64,000 nucleotides of DNA, taken from IMG/VR virus record IMGVR_UViG_3300012920_000028, positions 8,805 through 72,804 of that record. The stretch is one strand, 5' to 3'. Source of the stretch: a virus. Made by a program: the position numbers and the translations under genes. A model generated the notes under the pieces. It worked only from the letters and a program-made list of their open reading frames with translations, was not told the DNA's origin and did not search any database. Below, one piece after another: positions 19,769 through 28,725 of the stretch (positions within the stretch are counted from its first letter, which is position 1; every line of letters starts with the position of its first letter).

Positions 19769-19928
19769 AGGGGACCACCAAAAGACTGGTTGGGTTCCAA
19801 GTACCCGTCCTCTTGGCGAACTTCTTCATCACGCTCAGGTAGTTCTGCACTTCGGCTTCAGTTTCTCCGATGAAGAGCACGGTGATTCCGGGCTCCTCGC
19901 TTGTCTTTTCCAAAAGGACGTATTTCAT
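19755..19928 (-). CDS. Small hypothetical protein
   Basis: ATG lies about 25 nt downstream of a TTAATA box. Confidence 0.5.
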   Translation of the reverse strand: MKYVLLEKTSEEPGITVLFIGETEAEVQNYLSVMKKFAKRTGTWNPTSLLVVPYDDQ

Positions 19929-19944
19929 CGAAGGGTCCCTTCGG

Positions 19945-19962
19945 CGAGACGGTATTAAGGGT
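19945..19962 (-). promoter_or_regulatory. Archaeal TATA-like box (representative example)
   Basis: CCTTAATACC lies about 25 nt before an ATG. Similar CTT(A/T/C)A(T/A) boxes precede starts at about 11805(-), 17482(+), 20530(-), 30300(-), 37473(-), 39268(-), 42862(-) and 42953(+). Confidence 0.5.
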
Positions 19963-20302
19963 GTCGAATTTTCATCACTACGGTCGGATTTAAGCACCCG
20001 CCGAATATGGACAGGGCATGGAACCTTTGGACCTTGCAATCATGAACATGACCCAAGCATTCACTCAAACCGTGGTCGCCCTTCAAGGTGGAGCGTCGTG
20101 CATCCCTCCGGAAGCGGTTGTGGACCTTTACCGGAAAATCGAAACGCTCGTCACCGTTGCTTGAGTTCTTCCTTGAAGTACGGAAGCACTTTCTCAAGGA
20201 GCGGCAAGACCTCATCTTCCCCTGCAATCACCTGCTCAAGCCTCATGATGAGGTAGCGTGTGTTCTCCTTCCAATGGGCTGCCCACCATGCTTCGTCAGA
20301 CA

Positions 20303-20503
20303 TCAGTAGCCCTCCTGTTCTCTCAGTAGTTGTCGCACTTCCTTGTGCTCTTCTATGAGTTCACGCAATTCGCCCTTGGCGTCCGACATCTGTTCACGGA
20401 GGTCAGCGTAGCGTGCGGCAAGGTCTTCAACAAGCCTTCGCTTGGTCTTGACTTTCATCGAGAGGGCGTACTCTTGCGTACGCAGGTCACCTTTCTTTCC
20501 CAT
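20303..20503 (-). CDS. Small coiled-coil protein
   Basis: Heptad-like, charged. CTTAAG box about 25 nt upstream. Confidence 0.55.
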   Translation of the reverse strand: MGKKGDLRTQEYALSMKVKTKRRLVEDLAARYADLREQMSDAKGELRELIEEHKEVRQLLREQEGY

Positions 20504-20925
20504 ACCCGAGGGTATGTTTCCATTCGACCTTAAGATGCTCGGTTGTACTCCGAAAGCCGCTTCTGCCCCTCGGGAATCAGACCCCAAGAGATGAGGTCAG
20601 TCTGCTTCGTCCCTTCGAGGGTCTTATCGAAAACCTCCAAAATGGAAAGGGACGTGTTGTTTTCAGCGAGGTATTCCGTGATGCCAGACATGTTGATTCA
20701 CCGGGATTCTCACCATGAGCGTCGGGCACATAACGGTTGCCTTGGTGGATGAAGGGCAAGGTCCAACGAGACATGTGTCCTGAAGGCAAAATCGGCAAAA
20801 CGGCGACACCCTACGGTAGTGATGTAGATGACAAAACACCTGTGCAGGAAAAAGCGTGTCCGCTGCGACACGTTTTCTCTCCGAAAAGAGAAGTGAAGAT
20901 GAAACGAAGACTGAATAATCGTCAA

Positions 20926-21258
20926 TCAGTCGGTGCATACCAGAAAATCAGGGGCCGGAAGGAATACCTGCACCCCTGAGTACGTTTCGTGCACAATGGA
21001 AATCGTGTCCAGTTGGCCTTTCATGTAAATCATTTTCAGCAAGACTTCAGGGTGACCCATGACGCTAAGGTACTCGAAGCGGAACTTGTCCTCTTCCACT
21101 ATGCGAAGTTCCTTCGCCACGAACGACGCCTCTTTCCTACCGGCAAGAGCAAGAGCGAGGTCACTTACCTCTCTGATTGCTTTTGCGATTGAAGACTCCT
21201 CATCATCCTCAATGTCCCAAGAGGGAACGGAGTCGTCCCAATCTTCCAAGTCTTCCAT
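20926..21258 (-). CDS. Hypothetical protein with acidic N-terminus
   Basis: 110-aa ORF with GGTGA RBS. Confidence 0.55.
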   Translation of the reverse strand: MEDLEDWDDSVPSWDIEDDEESSIAKAIREVSDLALALAGRKEASFVAKELRIVEEDKFRFEYLSVMGHPEVLLKMIYMKGQLDTISIVHETYSGVQVFLPAPDFLVCTD

Positions 21259-21292
21259 GATGACTCTTCACCACCACGGCTCATAAATTGCG

Positions 21293-22291
21293 TCACGCCG
21301 AGAAGATGTCGATAGGGTCACGTGAGCGACGGCGGTTGCCCGGGAGGCGCTTACGCGAGTTCCAGATGAGGTAGCCGAGAATAGCCGCCCCGGCCACCAT
21401 TCCTCCTCCTCCGATAGCCGCGCCACGCGCATAGCCCCTCCAGTTTGGTTCTCCTGCTTCTTGGATGAAGGAGTCCATGTTGGACGTGAGGTAGCCGCGC
21501 TGCCGACGGAGGGCGCTGATAGCCTCCCTGACCTGCATAGCGCGTCCACGGAGGCCGGGAGTGCTGTTCGTCCCATAGAGGAAGCCCCTGAGCGTCTCAC
21601 GGTCCTGCGCGGTCGTGTCGCCGCTCAACTGTGCTTCAACCTCCGCGATTTGCTGGTTGTAGGCGTAAAGGGTCTTTTCGAGGGTCTCCAACGCTTCGGT
21701 GATTTCGGCGAGTTGTCGGAGGTCCTCCTTGTATTTCACCCCGAGAGCATCTTCGGAGAGCGACAGTTGTCCGGTTGATTCCCTAAAGGGCGGGACACGT
21801 GGACCGTGCTTGTTGAGGAAGCGGCGCTTGTATTCCTCGGCGTTGCCTCCTTTCTCAATGACTTCGATGTAGAGGTCCTTGTCGGTAGCATTCTCAGCCC
21901 CACCAGACCAAAGGTCAGACGTGTCGTTGAGTGGTGCTGCGTCCGTGGGCCACTTCAGCGAGGCTGGGACGTTGGTGATGTCGATGTTGCGCGACGCTTC
22001 AACACCTGTCTGGTAGGCTTGCATATCAACGGTCGAGTCAAACGAAATCGCACCGAAGCCAAAGAAGGGGTCTCGGCGACCCATCTTGTGCCTGAGCCAT
22101 TCCAACTTGCGGGTAGCGTTCCCCATTTCTTCGAATCGTGCCTTCTGAAGCGACTCCGCCCTCATGTGCCGGAGGTAGGTAGGGGCACCATTGAGTGCGC
22201 CAATGTTGTTGCGAAGGTGAATCTGCTTTGCACGAGCCGCGTGAATGCGACCGATTTCGGCATTGAACTGTGCTGGCTTCATCACTTCCAC
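21293..22291 (-). CDS. Coiled-coil protein with C-terminal membrane anchor (putative virion protein)
   Basis: Coiled coil followed by GAAIGGGGMVAGAAILGYLIW and a basic tail. Confidence 0.7.
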   Translation of the reverse strand: MEVMKPAQFNAEIGRIHAARAKQIHLRNNIGALNGAPTYLRHMRAESLQKARFEEMGNATRKLEWLRHKMGRRDPFFGFGAISFDSTVDMQAYQTGVEASRNIDITNVPASLKWPTDAAPLNDTSDLWSGGAENATDKDLYIEVIEKGGNAEEYKRRFLNKHGPRVPPFRESTGQLSLSEDALGVKYKEDLRQLAEITEALETLEKTLYAYNQQIAEVEAQLSGDTTAQDRETLRGFLYGTNSTPGLRGRAMQVREAISALRRQRGYLTSNMDSFIQEAGEPNWRGYARGAAIGGGGMVAGAAILGYLIWNSRKRLPGNRRRSRDPIDIFSA

Positions 22292-22292
22292 C

Positions 22293-22640
22293 TCACATCA
22301 TGTTTGCTCGCGCGTTCTTGTTTCGAGTCATGTATGAAATCAGGAACATGAGAGCCACGGCGCCGACAGTGCCGCCTTGTTTGAGGATTTCTTTTCTGCC
22401 CGTTGCGACGTTGAAAACGAAGTAGGAAGAAAGACCCACTCCGCCGGCGAAGGTGCCGTAGTGAACATACGTCCCCAATTTCCGAAGTTGCGGGGAAAGG
22501 TTGCTCGCGAGGTTCACGGCCGCGGCGATGTTTTGTGCTTGTCCGAGTACCACCGGGTCTTCCTCCTGTTCTTCTTGGGCTGGTCCGTATGTGGTCTTCG
22601 TCACCTTTCGTTCTTTCAAGAGCCGTCCCTGCATTCCCAT
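22293..22640 (-). CDS. Membrane protein
   Basis: Two hydrophobic helices. TGATG coupling. Confidence 0.6.
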   Translation of the reverse strand: MGMQGRLLKERKVTKTTYGPAQEEQEEDPVVLGQAQNIAAAVNLASNLSPQLRKLGTYVHYGTFAGGVGLSSYFVFNVATGRKEILKQGGTVGAVALMFLISYMTRNKNARANMM

Positions 22641-22894
22641 CACTTCTTCGTGAGCAGGTACACGGTCAGGCCGAATGCTGCCCACTGGCTCGCGTCCTTG
22701 AAGTCAAGGCTCAAAACACGCTTGAAGCCCTTCACGATTTGGTCTGAACCGGGCATGCCCATGGCGTAATAGGCTGCCAAGGCCGCCAGAAAGTTCTCTC
22801 CCGGCGTATTCGTGGTCAGGCCACCGAGGGGCTTTGATTGAAGCGAGCCGAGAGCGCGTGCGTGCTCGAAATGGACGTTCCGAACCCCGCTCAT
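22640..22894 (-). CDS. Small membrane protein
   Basis: Hydrophobic helices ending YLLTKK. Confidence 0.6.
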   Translation of the reverse strand: MSGVRNVHFEHARALGSLQSKPLGGLTTNTPGENFLAALAAYYAMGMPGSDQIVKGFKRVLSLDFKDASQWAAFGLTVYLLTKK

Positions 22895-22926
22895 GTTGTT
22901 CCCCCACGTGTTCGCTCGGATTAAGC

Positions 22927-25209
22927 CTACCGCTTCAACACCCAGTAAAGCATGGAACCGACGGCAAGCGTAGCCCCTGTTGCTTGGGGTAGCGTCATGA
23001 GGCTATCTCCGGTCACCGGCTTGTAGGCCGAGGGGACCGGCCTGTAGTTCTCAATTGCTACCGATTGAGCCGAGAACAAGGGGCCTTTGCGTCCGTACTT
23101 TCGACCTGAAACACCAACGGCTGCACGGGGTGAACGAATGACCTGTCGGGAAACCCACCGTTGGTGGCGCACAGGGTTTCCTTGGTCGTTGGTGCGAATA
23201 TCGTGTCCAACGTCCATGCTCTTTGAGATGAACACTTGTGGGGGCATGTTCACGTAAGGACTCAGGAATCTTTGGTAGTACTGCCCGAGTTCTCCGCTTG
23301 CATTCGGGACTGTCCTCACCGGGTGAGCGACATACATGAACTGAGGGTAGCCTTCAGTCGGAGGGTGTTCCCTGAAAGGACTGTTCTTCGCCTTGCCTGT
23401 TTCGTCAAACGCTTGGAGGCCGAACTGTGGAATATCCAATACCGGTGCTTCGTCCCCAAGGTAGTTCATTGACTTCAGATAGCCAATGATTGAATCCACG
23501 TGGGCGAGTGTCTCGACGGATTCCTCATGGATGACGACCTTCGATACCTTCGGAGCACGATTGGCGAGCGTGAGAAGCGAGGTGTCCGCCATGCTCGTCC
23601 AGTTGCTACCGCTCACGAAGTCCGTGTAGGAACTACCCTCAACCCATCGCTCAGACATAAGGTAGGCCGCTTCAACGATGAGGGTCGCGTGGCGCCTTGC
23701 GAGTCCCCTGTCTCCGAGAAGGAAGCCGCTGAGATTGTTGTTGGCGTAGTGAGACAACTCTCCCGTCCTTGAGCGAGCGAGGAATGCCGTTTGAGGCCAC
23801 GACCTGTAGGCACCTGAAGAAACAAGCCCGCTATCACTTGCTGCGACACCTGTCCAAATGTCCGCCAATCGCTCAGGCATTTCCTTGAGGAACTTTGCGG
23901 CGGCGTCATAGAACGACTTGTCGATACCCACCACCTGAACACGATGCAACTTCGTTCCGCCCATGTCGGGGTCATACGCTTGAGGTGGGTAGTCCCCCCT
24001 GAAGTCCATGTCGCCTTCCCAATCCCATTCCGTGCTGACGCGAACGGTGTAGTAGTACTGCGTCGGAGGGGCGTAGACCGGCTCCGGGGCGTCGGGGGTC
24101 ACGGTGGCTCTTGCGGCTACGGGAGCACGAGGTGCAGGGGCGGGGGGAGGGGGCACGAAGGGGCGCTCACCTCCACGAAGGATGAGGGCAGGGAAGAGGT
24201 CTTGGAGAACAACTTGAGCGGTGAGCGGCTCGCTCTCCTTGCCCGAAGCAAGGAACGGCTGCCCGATGCTCGTCATGGCCGAGTTGGCGAGGTTCGCTTG
24301 AGCGAGGTAAAACGTGTGGTAGGCATCGGTAGGGCGGTAGTGGTAGCAGAACGCCTTGTTCATGGCGTCAAAGGTGGTTGGGGTTCCGTCCCAGTAGCAC
24401 GCGAGATGGTAATTGAACCAAGCGTCCATGGAAACATAGACGGTGATTCCTGAACGCTCAACGTACACAGCATTCCCGAGCATTCGCCTAAGCGTGTTCA
24501 TGTTTTGGGGGACGATGTTCGACGGGACCAAGTTCTCCCCTGACTTCTGGATAACGAATGCCGAGTTCTTGAGGTACTCCAGTTCTGTGTCCTTGGAGAT
24601 TTCCTCGTACATCTTCTCGACTTCTCGCGTAATGGTGTCGAAACGCTCCCCGAGGGGGACCATTTCACTCGTTCCCCAGTTGCGAGGGTCGGGGTGAGGT
24701 GCGTTGATTTTCAGTCTCGCTTCAGGGTGAAGGACGTTCACGATGTCAATTTCCTTTCGCATGTTGGAAATCTGCGTGTCCATGGGAACCTCAAGTCGAA
24801 GGAGGGAATACAGATTGTACCACAGGCGGGTGAACATGGATTGCATGAACGCCGTCTTCTTGGGCTTGTACTCGGAGAGGAGTTCGATGAACGCCCCCTT
24901 GAGTTCTTCGGGCCATTCGAGCACCGTTCCTGTAGCGGCGGTAAGCGCCGTGAGGTTGTCGGTGGCGGAGGGGCTCTCCACTTGGAGCCTCTCACACAAT
25001 GCTTCGACGAAGTTTTCCTTCCCGACGTGAGAAAGGAAAGCGGGGAGGAAGTTTGGACCGACTTCTTGTCCATTGAAGGTTCCTTGGAGGGCGAGAACGA
25101 CGTTGTCCTTCGCCCTTTCCAAGTCCGCAAGTGCGCTCTTTGATTTCTCAAATGCCTTCGTGTACTCACGCTGAGACGCCGTAGGGTTCCGCTTGGGGAA
25201 TCCCTGCAT
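22927..25209 (-). CDS. Large hypothetical protein with Pro-rich hinge and C-terminal membrane anchor
   Basis: 760 aa. Starts MQGFPKRNP and ends LAVGSMLYWVLKR. Confidence 0.75.
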   Translation of the reverse strand: MQGFPKRNPTASQREYTKAFEKSKSALADLERAKDNVVLALQGTFNGQEVGPNFLPAFLSHVGKENFVEALCERLQVESPSATDNLTALTAATGTVLEWPEELKGAFIELLSEYKPKKTAFMQSMFTRLWYNLYSLLRLEVPMDTQISNMRKEIDIVNVLHPEARLKINAPHPDPRNWGTSEMVPLGERFDTITREVEKMYEEISKDTELEYLKNSAFVIQKSGENLVPSNIVPQNMNTLRRMLGNAVYVERSGITVYVSMDAWFNYHLACYWDGTPTTFDAMNKAFCYHYRPTDAYHTFYLAQANLANSAMTSIGQPFLASGKESEPLTAQVVLQDLFPALILRGGERPFVPPPPAPAPRAPVAARATVTPDAPEPVYAPPTQYYYTVRVSTEWDWEGDMDFRGDYPPQAYDPDMGGTKLHRVQVVGIDKSFYDAAAKFLKEMPERLADIWTGVAASDSGLVSSGAYRSWPQTAFLARSRTGELSHYANNNLSGFLLGDRGLARRHATLIVEAAYLMSERWVEGSSYTDFVSGSNWTSMADTSLLTLANRAPKVSKVVIHEESVETLAHVDSIIGYLKSMNYLGDEAPVLDIPQFGLQAFDETGKAKNSPFREHPPTEGYPQFMYVAHPVRTVPNASGELGQYYQRFLSPYVNMPPQVFISKSMDVGHDIRTNDQGNPVRHQRWVSRQVIRSPRAAVGVSGRKYGRKGPLFSAQSVAIENYRPVPSAYKPVTGDSLMTLPQATGATLAVGSMLYWVLKR

Positions 25210-25218
25210 CTAATCCCC

Positions 25219-25947
25219 TCAGAAGCCACCTTGCATGCCGGGTTGCGTCATCCCTTGCTGCATGGGTGCTTGCTGGGCAGGTGGAAGTCCGAGAGAACCA
25301 CGGATGAGGGAGGCGCCGAAGCCGCCAAGGGTCGCGCCCATTCCGGGTCGCTGAGGCTGGCCCATCATCTGCTGCTGCATCATCTGCTGCTGCATCATCT
25401 GTTGCTGCTGCATTTGGTTCATCATCATGTTCTGCTGGTGACCACCCATCATTTGCATTGCGTTCATGTCGGCCTGAGAGACCTGCATCTGCATTTGCTG
25501 AAGGGGAATGACCTTCGAAATCTGCATGTCGATGTTCTCCTGCGTAATTGAAGCGTAATCCCCGGCTTCCGCATTGACCGAGTATGCTCCACCACGCTCC
25601 GTAGCGGAAACAAGGGCTCCGCTCTTGAAGAAGGCATACAACTCCTTCTTCACGATGAGAGAGAGCAGGTTCGCGAACTCGGTCATGAACTGAGGGTATG
25701 AGAGCATGAAGAGCGCGACCTGATTCGGATGCGCGGCCATGAGCCTGTAAAGGAGCGCGACTTGGTCCTCGTTGTTCATGCCGTTCGTCATGGCGTCAAT
25801 CTGTCCCATGGCGGCTTGACCTGCCATAGCCGAAAGACCGGAGGTCTGTGCGGCGTTCGCTACATTTCCGAGCATCTGCTGTTGCCCGTTGGAGAGCCCA
25901 TTCGGCATGAGCGACTGTTGACTTTGATTGTTCCCGAAAAGACCCAT
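25219..25947 (-). CDS. Gln/Met/Gly-rich low-complexity protein
   Basis: QQQMM repeats (15-bp units at about 25365-25425) and a central helical domain. Confidence 0.75.
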   Translation of the reverse strand: MGLFGNNQSQQSLMPNGLSNGQQQMLGNVANAAQTSGLSAMAGQAAMGQIDAMTNGMNNEDQVALLYRLMAAHPNQVALFMLSYPQFMTEFANLLSLIVKKELYAFFKSGALVSATERGGAYSVNAEAGDYASITQENIDMQISKVIPLQQMQMQVSQADMNAMQMMGGHQQNMMMNQMQQQQMMQQQMMQQQMMGQPQRPGMGATLGGFGASLIRGSLGLPPAQQAPMQQGMTQPGMQGGF

Positions 25948-25996
25948 CTTCAGAACCCCCTATTCGACCCACGTTCACCTTCGTCTTGAACATTCC

Positions 25997-26779
25997 TCAT
26001 TGGTACGCCTCCTTCATCGCGTCGCTAAAGGCTTCATCAAACATCTTCTCCTCAACTTGTTCTCGGGCATAGAACTCAGCGATTGTTTCCGGATGACCGT
26101 AAGGCGTGCCGTCGGTCGCCATGCCCTTGATGTAGTCGTCATAGAAGGTGATTTGTGTTCCACGGTTGCGCCCGAAGGAATCAACGAGCCGGGTCACGGG
26201 GATTCCATCCTTGATGGCCTCAAGTACTGCCTCTTCGTACTTCGCCTCAAGCGGAGTCTTCGGCTTGGCGGGTGGCTTCTTGATGGGAATGAACGAAACA
26301 CCTTTCTTCTTCATCTGCCGGAAGAAGCCACGTTCGTTCTCACGCTCCTCTTGCTCCATCCACTCCATGAGCAACTTGTAGAGTTGCAAGGCTTGAGGGC
26401 AGTAGGTTCCAGTCATCATGCGTCCCTTCCCGGGGAGAACACCTGTCCAAGGGGTGAAATGAATGCGTTGCTTGGTGACGGGGTCAATGAGGAACTCTTG
26501 GCGTAGGTCGCCATAGTCCTGATTCGTGCAATCCACGCCCGTCACGACACACTGTTGAGGGCGGCTGTTGAACTTGTAGCCAAAGACCCCAGTCCACCTC
26601 TTAACGGGCTTCAGCGTCTTTCGCGCAAGACGGATGTTCTCCCTGCGCGCACGCACGGGGTCAGGATGCCTGCTGAAATGGAAATCAATGACCGGAGTCA
26701 CCGCATCCCAATCCATGCCTCTATTTTGCGGCATGTTGCCGACCAGTTGCTTCATTCGTTCTTCTTGGTAGTTGCTCAT
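25997..26779 (-). CDS. Hypothetical protein in the GTPase operon
   Basis: 260 aa with ATGA coupling. CVVTG..C and YCP may bind Zn. Confidence 0.7.
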   Translation of the reverse strand: MSNYQEERMKQLVGNMPQNRGMDWDAVTPVIDFHFSRHPDPVRARRENIRLARKTLKPVKRWTGVFGYKFNSRPQQCVVTGVDCTNQDYGDLRQEFLIDPVTKQRIHFTPWTGVLPGKGRMMTGTYCPQALQLYKLLMEWMEQEERENERGFFRQMKKKGVSFIPIKKPPAKPKTPLEAKYEEAVLEAIKDGIPVTRLVDSFGRNRGTQITFYDDYIKGMATDGTPYGHPETIAEFYAREQVEEKMFDEAFSDAMKEAYQ

Positions 26780-27510
26780 AGGTCACTCATCCCTTTCATG
26801 ATGGCTTCTTCCACGTTCCAACCGACCGTCGCCGACACCGCGTCCACACGTGTTGGAATTCGCATTTCCTGCAACTGGTAAAGGTGTTCCCGAAAAGGAA
26901 GGAAGATTGGATGTTCGGAAATGAGGCCGCGCTCCCATTGAGAATAGCCCTCCTCGTCAAGCCAAGTATCAGCCTTGTTCGCAAGGACGATGATTCGATT
27001 TGGGCGCCACTTCCTTGCCTTGAAACGGTTGATGAGACCGAGACCTCGCGGCCGCTTCCCCGACGCCAGTGATTCGACGATGTAGCCGAAAGCCAATTGG
27101 TTCGACGTATCGTTGGGGTCGAGGAGGTGGCGATGGTCTATCATCACAATGAGGGTCCTAATCCGACGCTGGTACATGTCCCTCAACCACATGGGAAAGT
27201 ACTCTTGGTGACCGCCGATGTCGCGAGAAATGACCGTCTTCTGAAGACCGTCCGAGCGCACGCGGTGAATGTGCCGCTCCGGCATTTGGTGGTGCTTTGA
27301 GAGGAACTTCTTCTTGTGGTGGGTTCGCTCGTTTTCGCCAAGAGGGCGAATCTTCCCCTCGGTCATCAATTGACGGTCAAGGGTTGACTTCCCGGTTTCG
27401 CTGAATCCATACACCCCAACATTGTGCGTCACGTACGCCCCAGCGGCGTCGAAGAATCGCCAAAAGCCGTGTGCGACGACAATGGCAGTCGTGGCGAGAG
27501 GGTCAACCAT
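26776..27510 (-). CDS. Small Ras/Arf-like GTPase with hydrophobic N-terminus
   Basis: G1 GFSETGKST, G3 DIGG, G4 NKAD, G5 SAT. Confidence 0.88.
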   Translation of the reverse strand: MVDPLATTAIVVAHGFWRFFDAAGAYVTHNVGVYGFSETGKSTLDRQLMTEGKIRPLGENERTHHKKKFLSKHHQMPERHIHRVRSDGLQKTVISRDIGGHQEYFPMWLRDMYQRRIRTLIVMIDHRHLLDPNDTSNQLAFGYIVESLASGKRPRGLGLINRFKARKWRPNRIIVLANKADTWLDEEGYSQWERGLISEHPIFLPFREHLYQLQEMRIPTRVDAVSATVGWNVEEAIMKGMSDL

Positions 27511-27514
27511 TACA

Positions 27515-27733
27515 TCACCCGAGAATCCAACCGATGATACCTGCGCTATCGGTGGTCTTCATGATGACGTAGTCGGTCACGGCCGTGACCAAGACTCCGA
27601 CACCTGTCGAAATGGCTCCCCAAAACATGTATTTGATTCGGATATACCGCATCGCCCAAGTCTGACCAAGGTGGGTCGTTTTCATCAACGATTCCATTTG
27701 AGCGTCTTGCTCGTCATTGAAGATGATGCCCAT
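27515..27733 (-). CDS. Small membrane protein
   Basis: One transmembrane helix. GGTGAG RBS. Confidence 0.65.
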   Translation of the reverse strand: MGIIFNDEQDAQMESLMKTTHLGQTWAMRYIRIKYMFWGAISTGVGVLVTAVTDYVIMKTTDSAGIIGWILG

Positions 27734-27817
27734 TCTCTCACCTATGTTGGAAGCAAGCCTCACCTTCGGTCGTCTTCCTCTTGCATGGTTCGCCCTTGGC
27801 CGTCATGGCCCCACATC

Positions 27818-28549
27818 TCACGCTTCGGTTTCGACTCCTTCCGGGGTCAAATCGAGCGAGTTCCTCTCGGATGAGTTGTCGGATTGAGGCTTCGTTGGGA
27901 TGGGCTGGTTGAGGGTCAACTTCGGACCCACGGGGATGCCCATGACGCGGTGTCGGTCGATTCCGAAGGCCTCGGGAGTCAGGGCTTTCGTTCCCGAGGG
28001 TTGTAGTCCCTGTTGAGGCATCACTTGCTGCGCTCCCTGAAGAGCCGTCAATTGGCTCAAGGCTGCTTGGATGCCCTGCAGGTTTCCCGCAAGTGCCTGA
28101 GACTCATCGGGGCTGATGACCCCGTCCGCCATCGCCGCTCCAAGGTTGCTCTTGTAAAGCATCATTTGCTGCTGAAGAACCGCTTCCAATTGAGACTTTT
28201 CTTGTTCAAACTTGAGCGCGGCCATCCTCCGCCTGTTTGCGTTTCGCATCCGCTTCAGTTGACGACGGTGCTGGTTCGAATCCTCGAAGGCCGCCCGATA
28301 GATGAAATAGAACGCCGCCTGCACCGAAAAGCCCGCGAAGCCATAGAAAATGGCGCTCTCATAGGCCGTGTTGAAGTGGCTCCACGTCCAATTCACATAG
28401 AGCAGAATACAGAAGGCGAGCAAGACGGACTGAAACAGCATCGTGCCCAGCAGACGCAGTTCGCTTTCGCGCAACTGGTCCCTGTATTCCTGTTCTTCTT
28501 CGTTCGTTTCACCCATCAGGGTATTCAGCAGGGGATTGCTCCCAATCAT
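27818..28549 (-). CDS. Two-TM membrane protein with coiled coil and EF-hand-like DGVISPDE loop
   Basis: Two hydrophobic helices, then a charged/Gln-rich helix. ATG at 28549 chosen. Confidence 0.7.
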   Translation of the reverse strand: MIGSNPLLNTLMGETNEEEQEYRDQLRESELRLLGTMLFQSVLLAFCILLYVNWTWSHFNTAYESAIFYGFAGFSVQAAFYFIYRAAFEDSNQHRRQLKRMRNANRRRMAALKFEQEKSQLEAVLQQQMMLYKSNLGAAMADGVISPDESQALAGNLQGIQAALSQLTALQGAQQVMPQQGLQPSGTKALTPEAFGIDRHRVMGIPVGPKLTLNQPIPTKPQSDNSSERNSLDLTPEGVETEA

Positions 28550-28550
28550 T

Positions 28551-28721
28551 TCAGGTCCGACAACCAATTTTCGCCACCTCCAGTAGTCCAAGTATTTCGA
28601 CGCGGTCGGCGGGTTCCTTCGTGAAAAGTTCCACGCCTTCCGGGCCTTCGACAATGAGCAAGAACCTCACCCCTGCTTCACGCAGGGCGATGATTCCTTC
28701 TTGAGCCTTCTCGATGTCCAT
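28551..28721 (-). CDS. Small hypothetical protein
   Basis: 56 aa, packed behind the thermosome gene. Confidence 0.5.
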   Translation of the reverse strand: MDIEKAQEGIIALREAGVRFLLIVEGPEGVELFTKEPADRVEILGLLEVAKIGCRT

Positions 28722-28725
28722 TTCA

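Noticed and set aside
20530-20980. Several overlapping short ORFs on both strands
   Set aside because: Could not decide which frame is real, and none has a recognisable motif.
28550-28654. RRNP motif in the N-terminal extension of ORF 27818..28654
   Set aside because: The extension overlaps another gene and the likely start is 28549, so it was not counted as an NP site.
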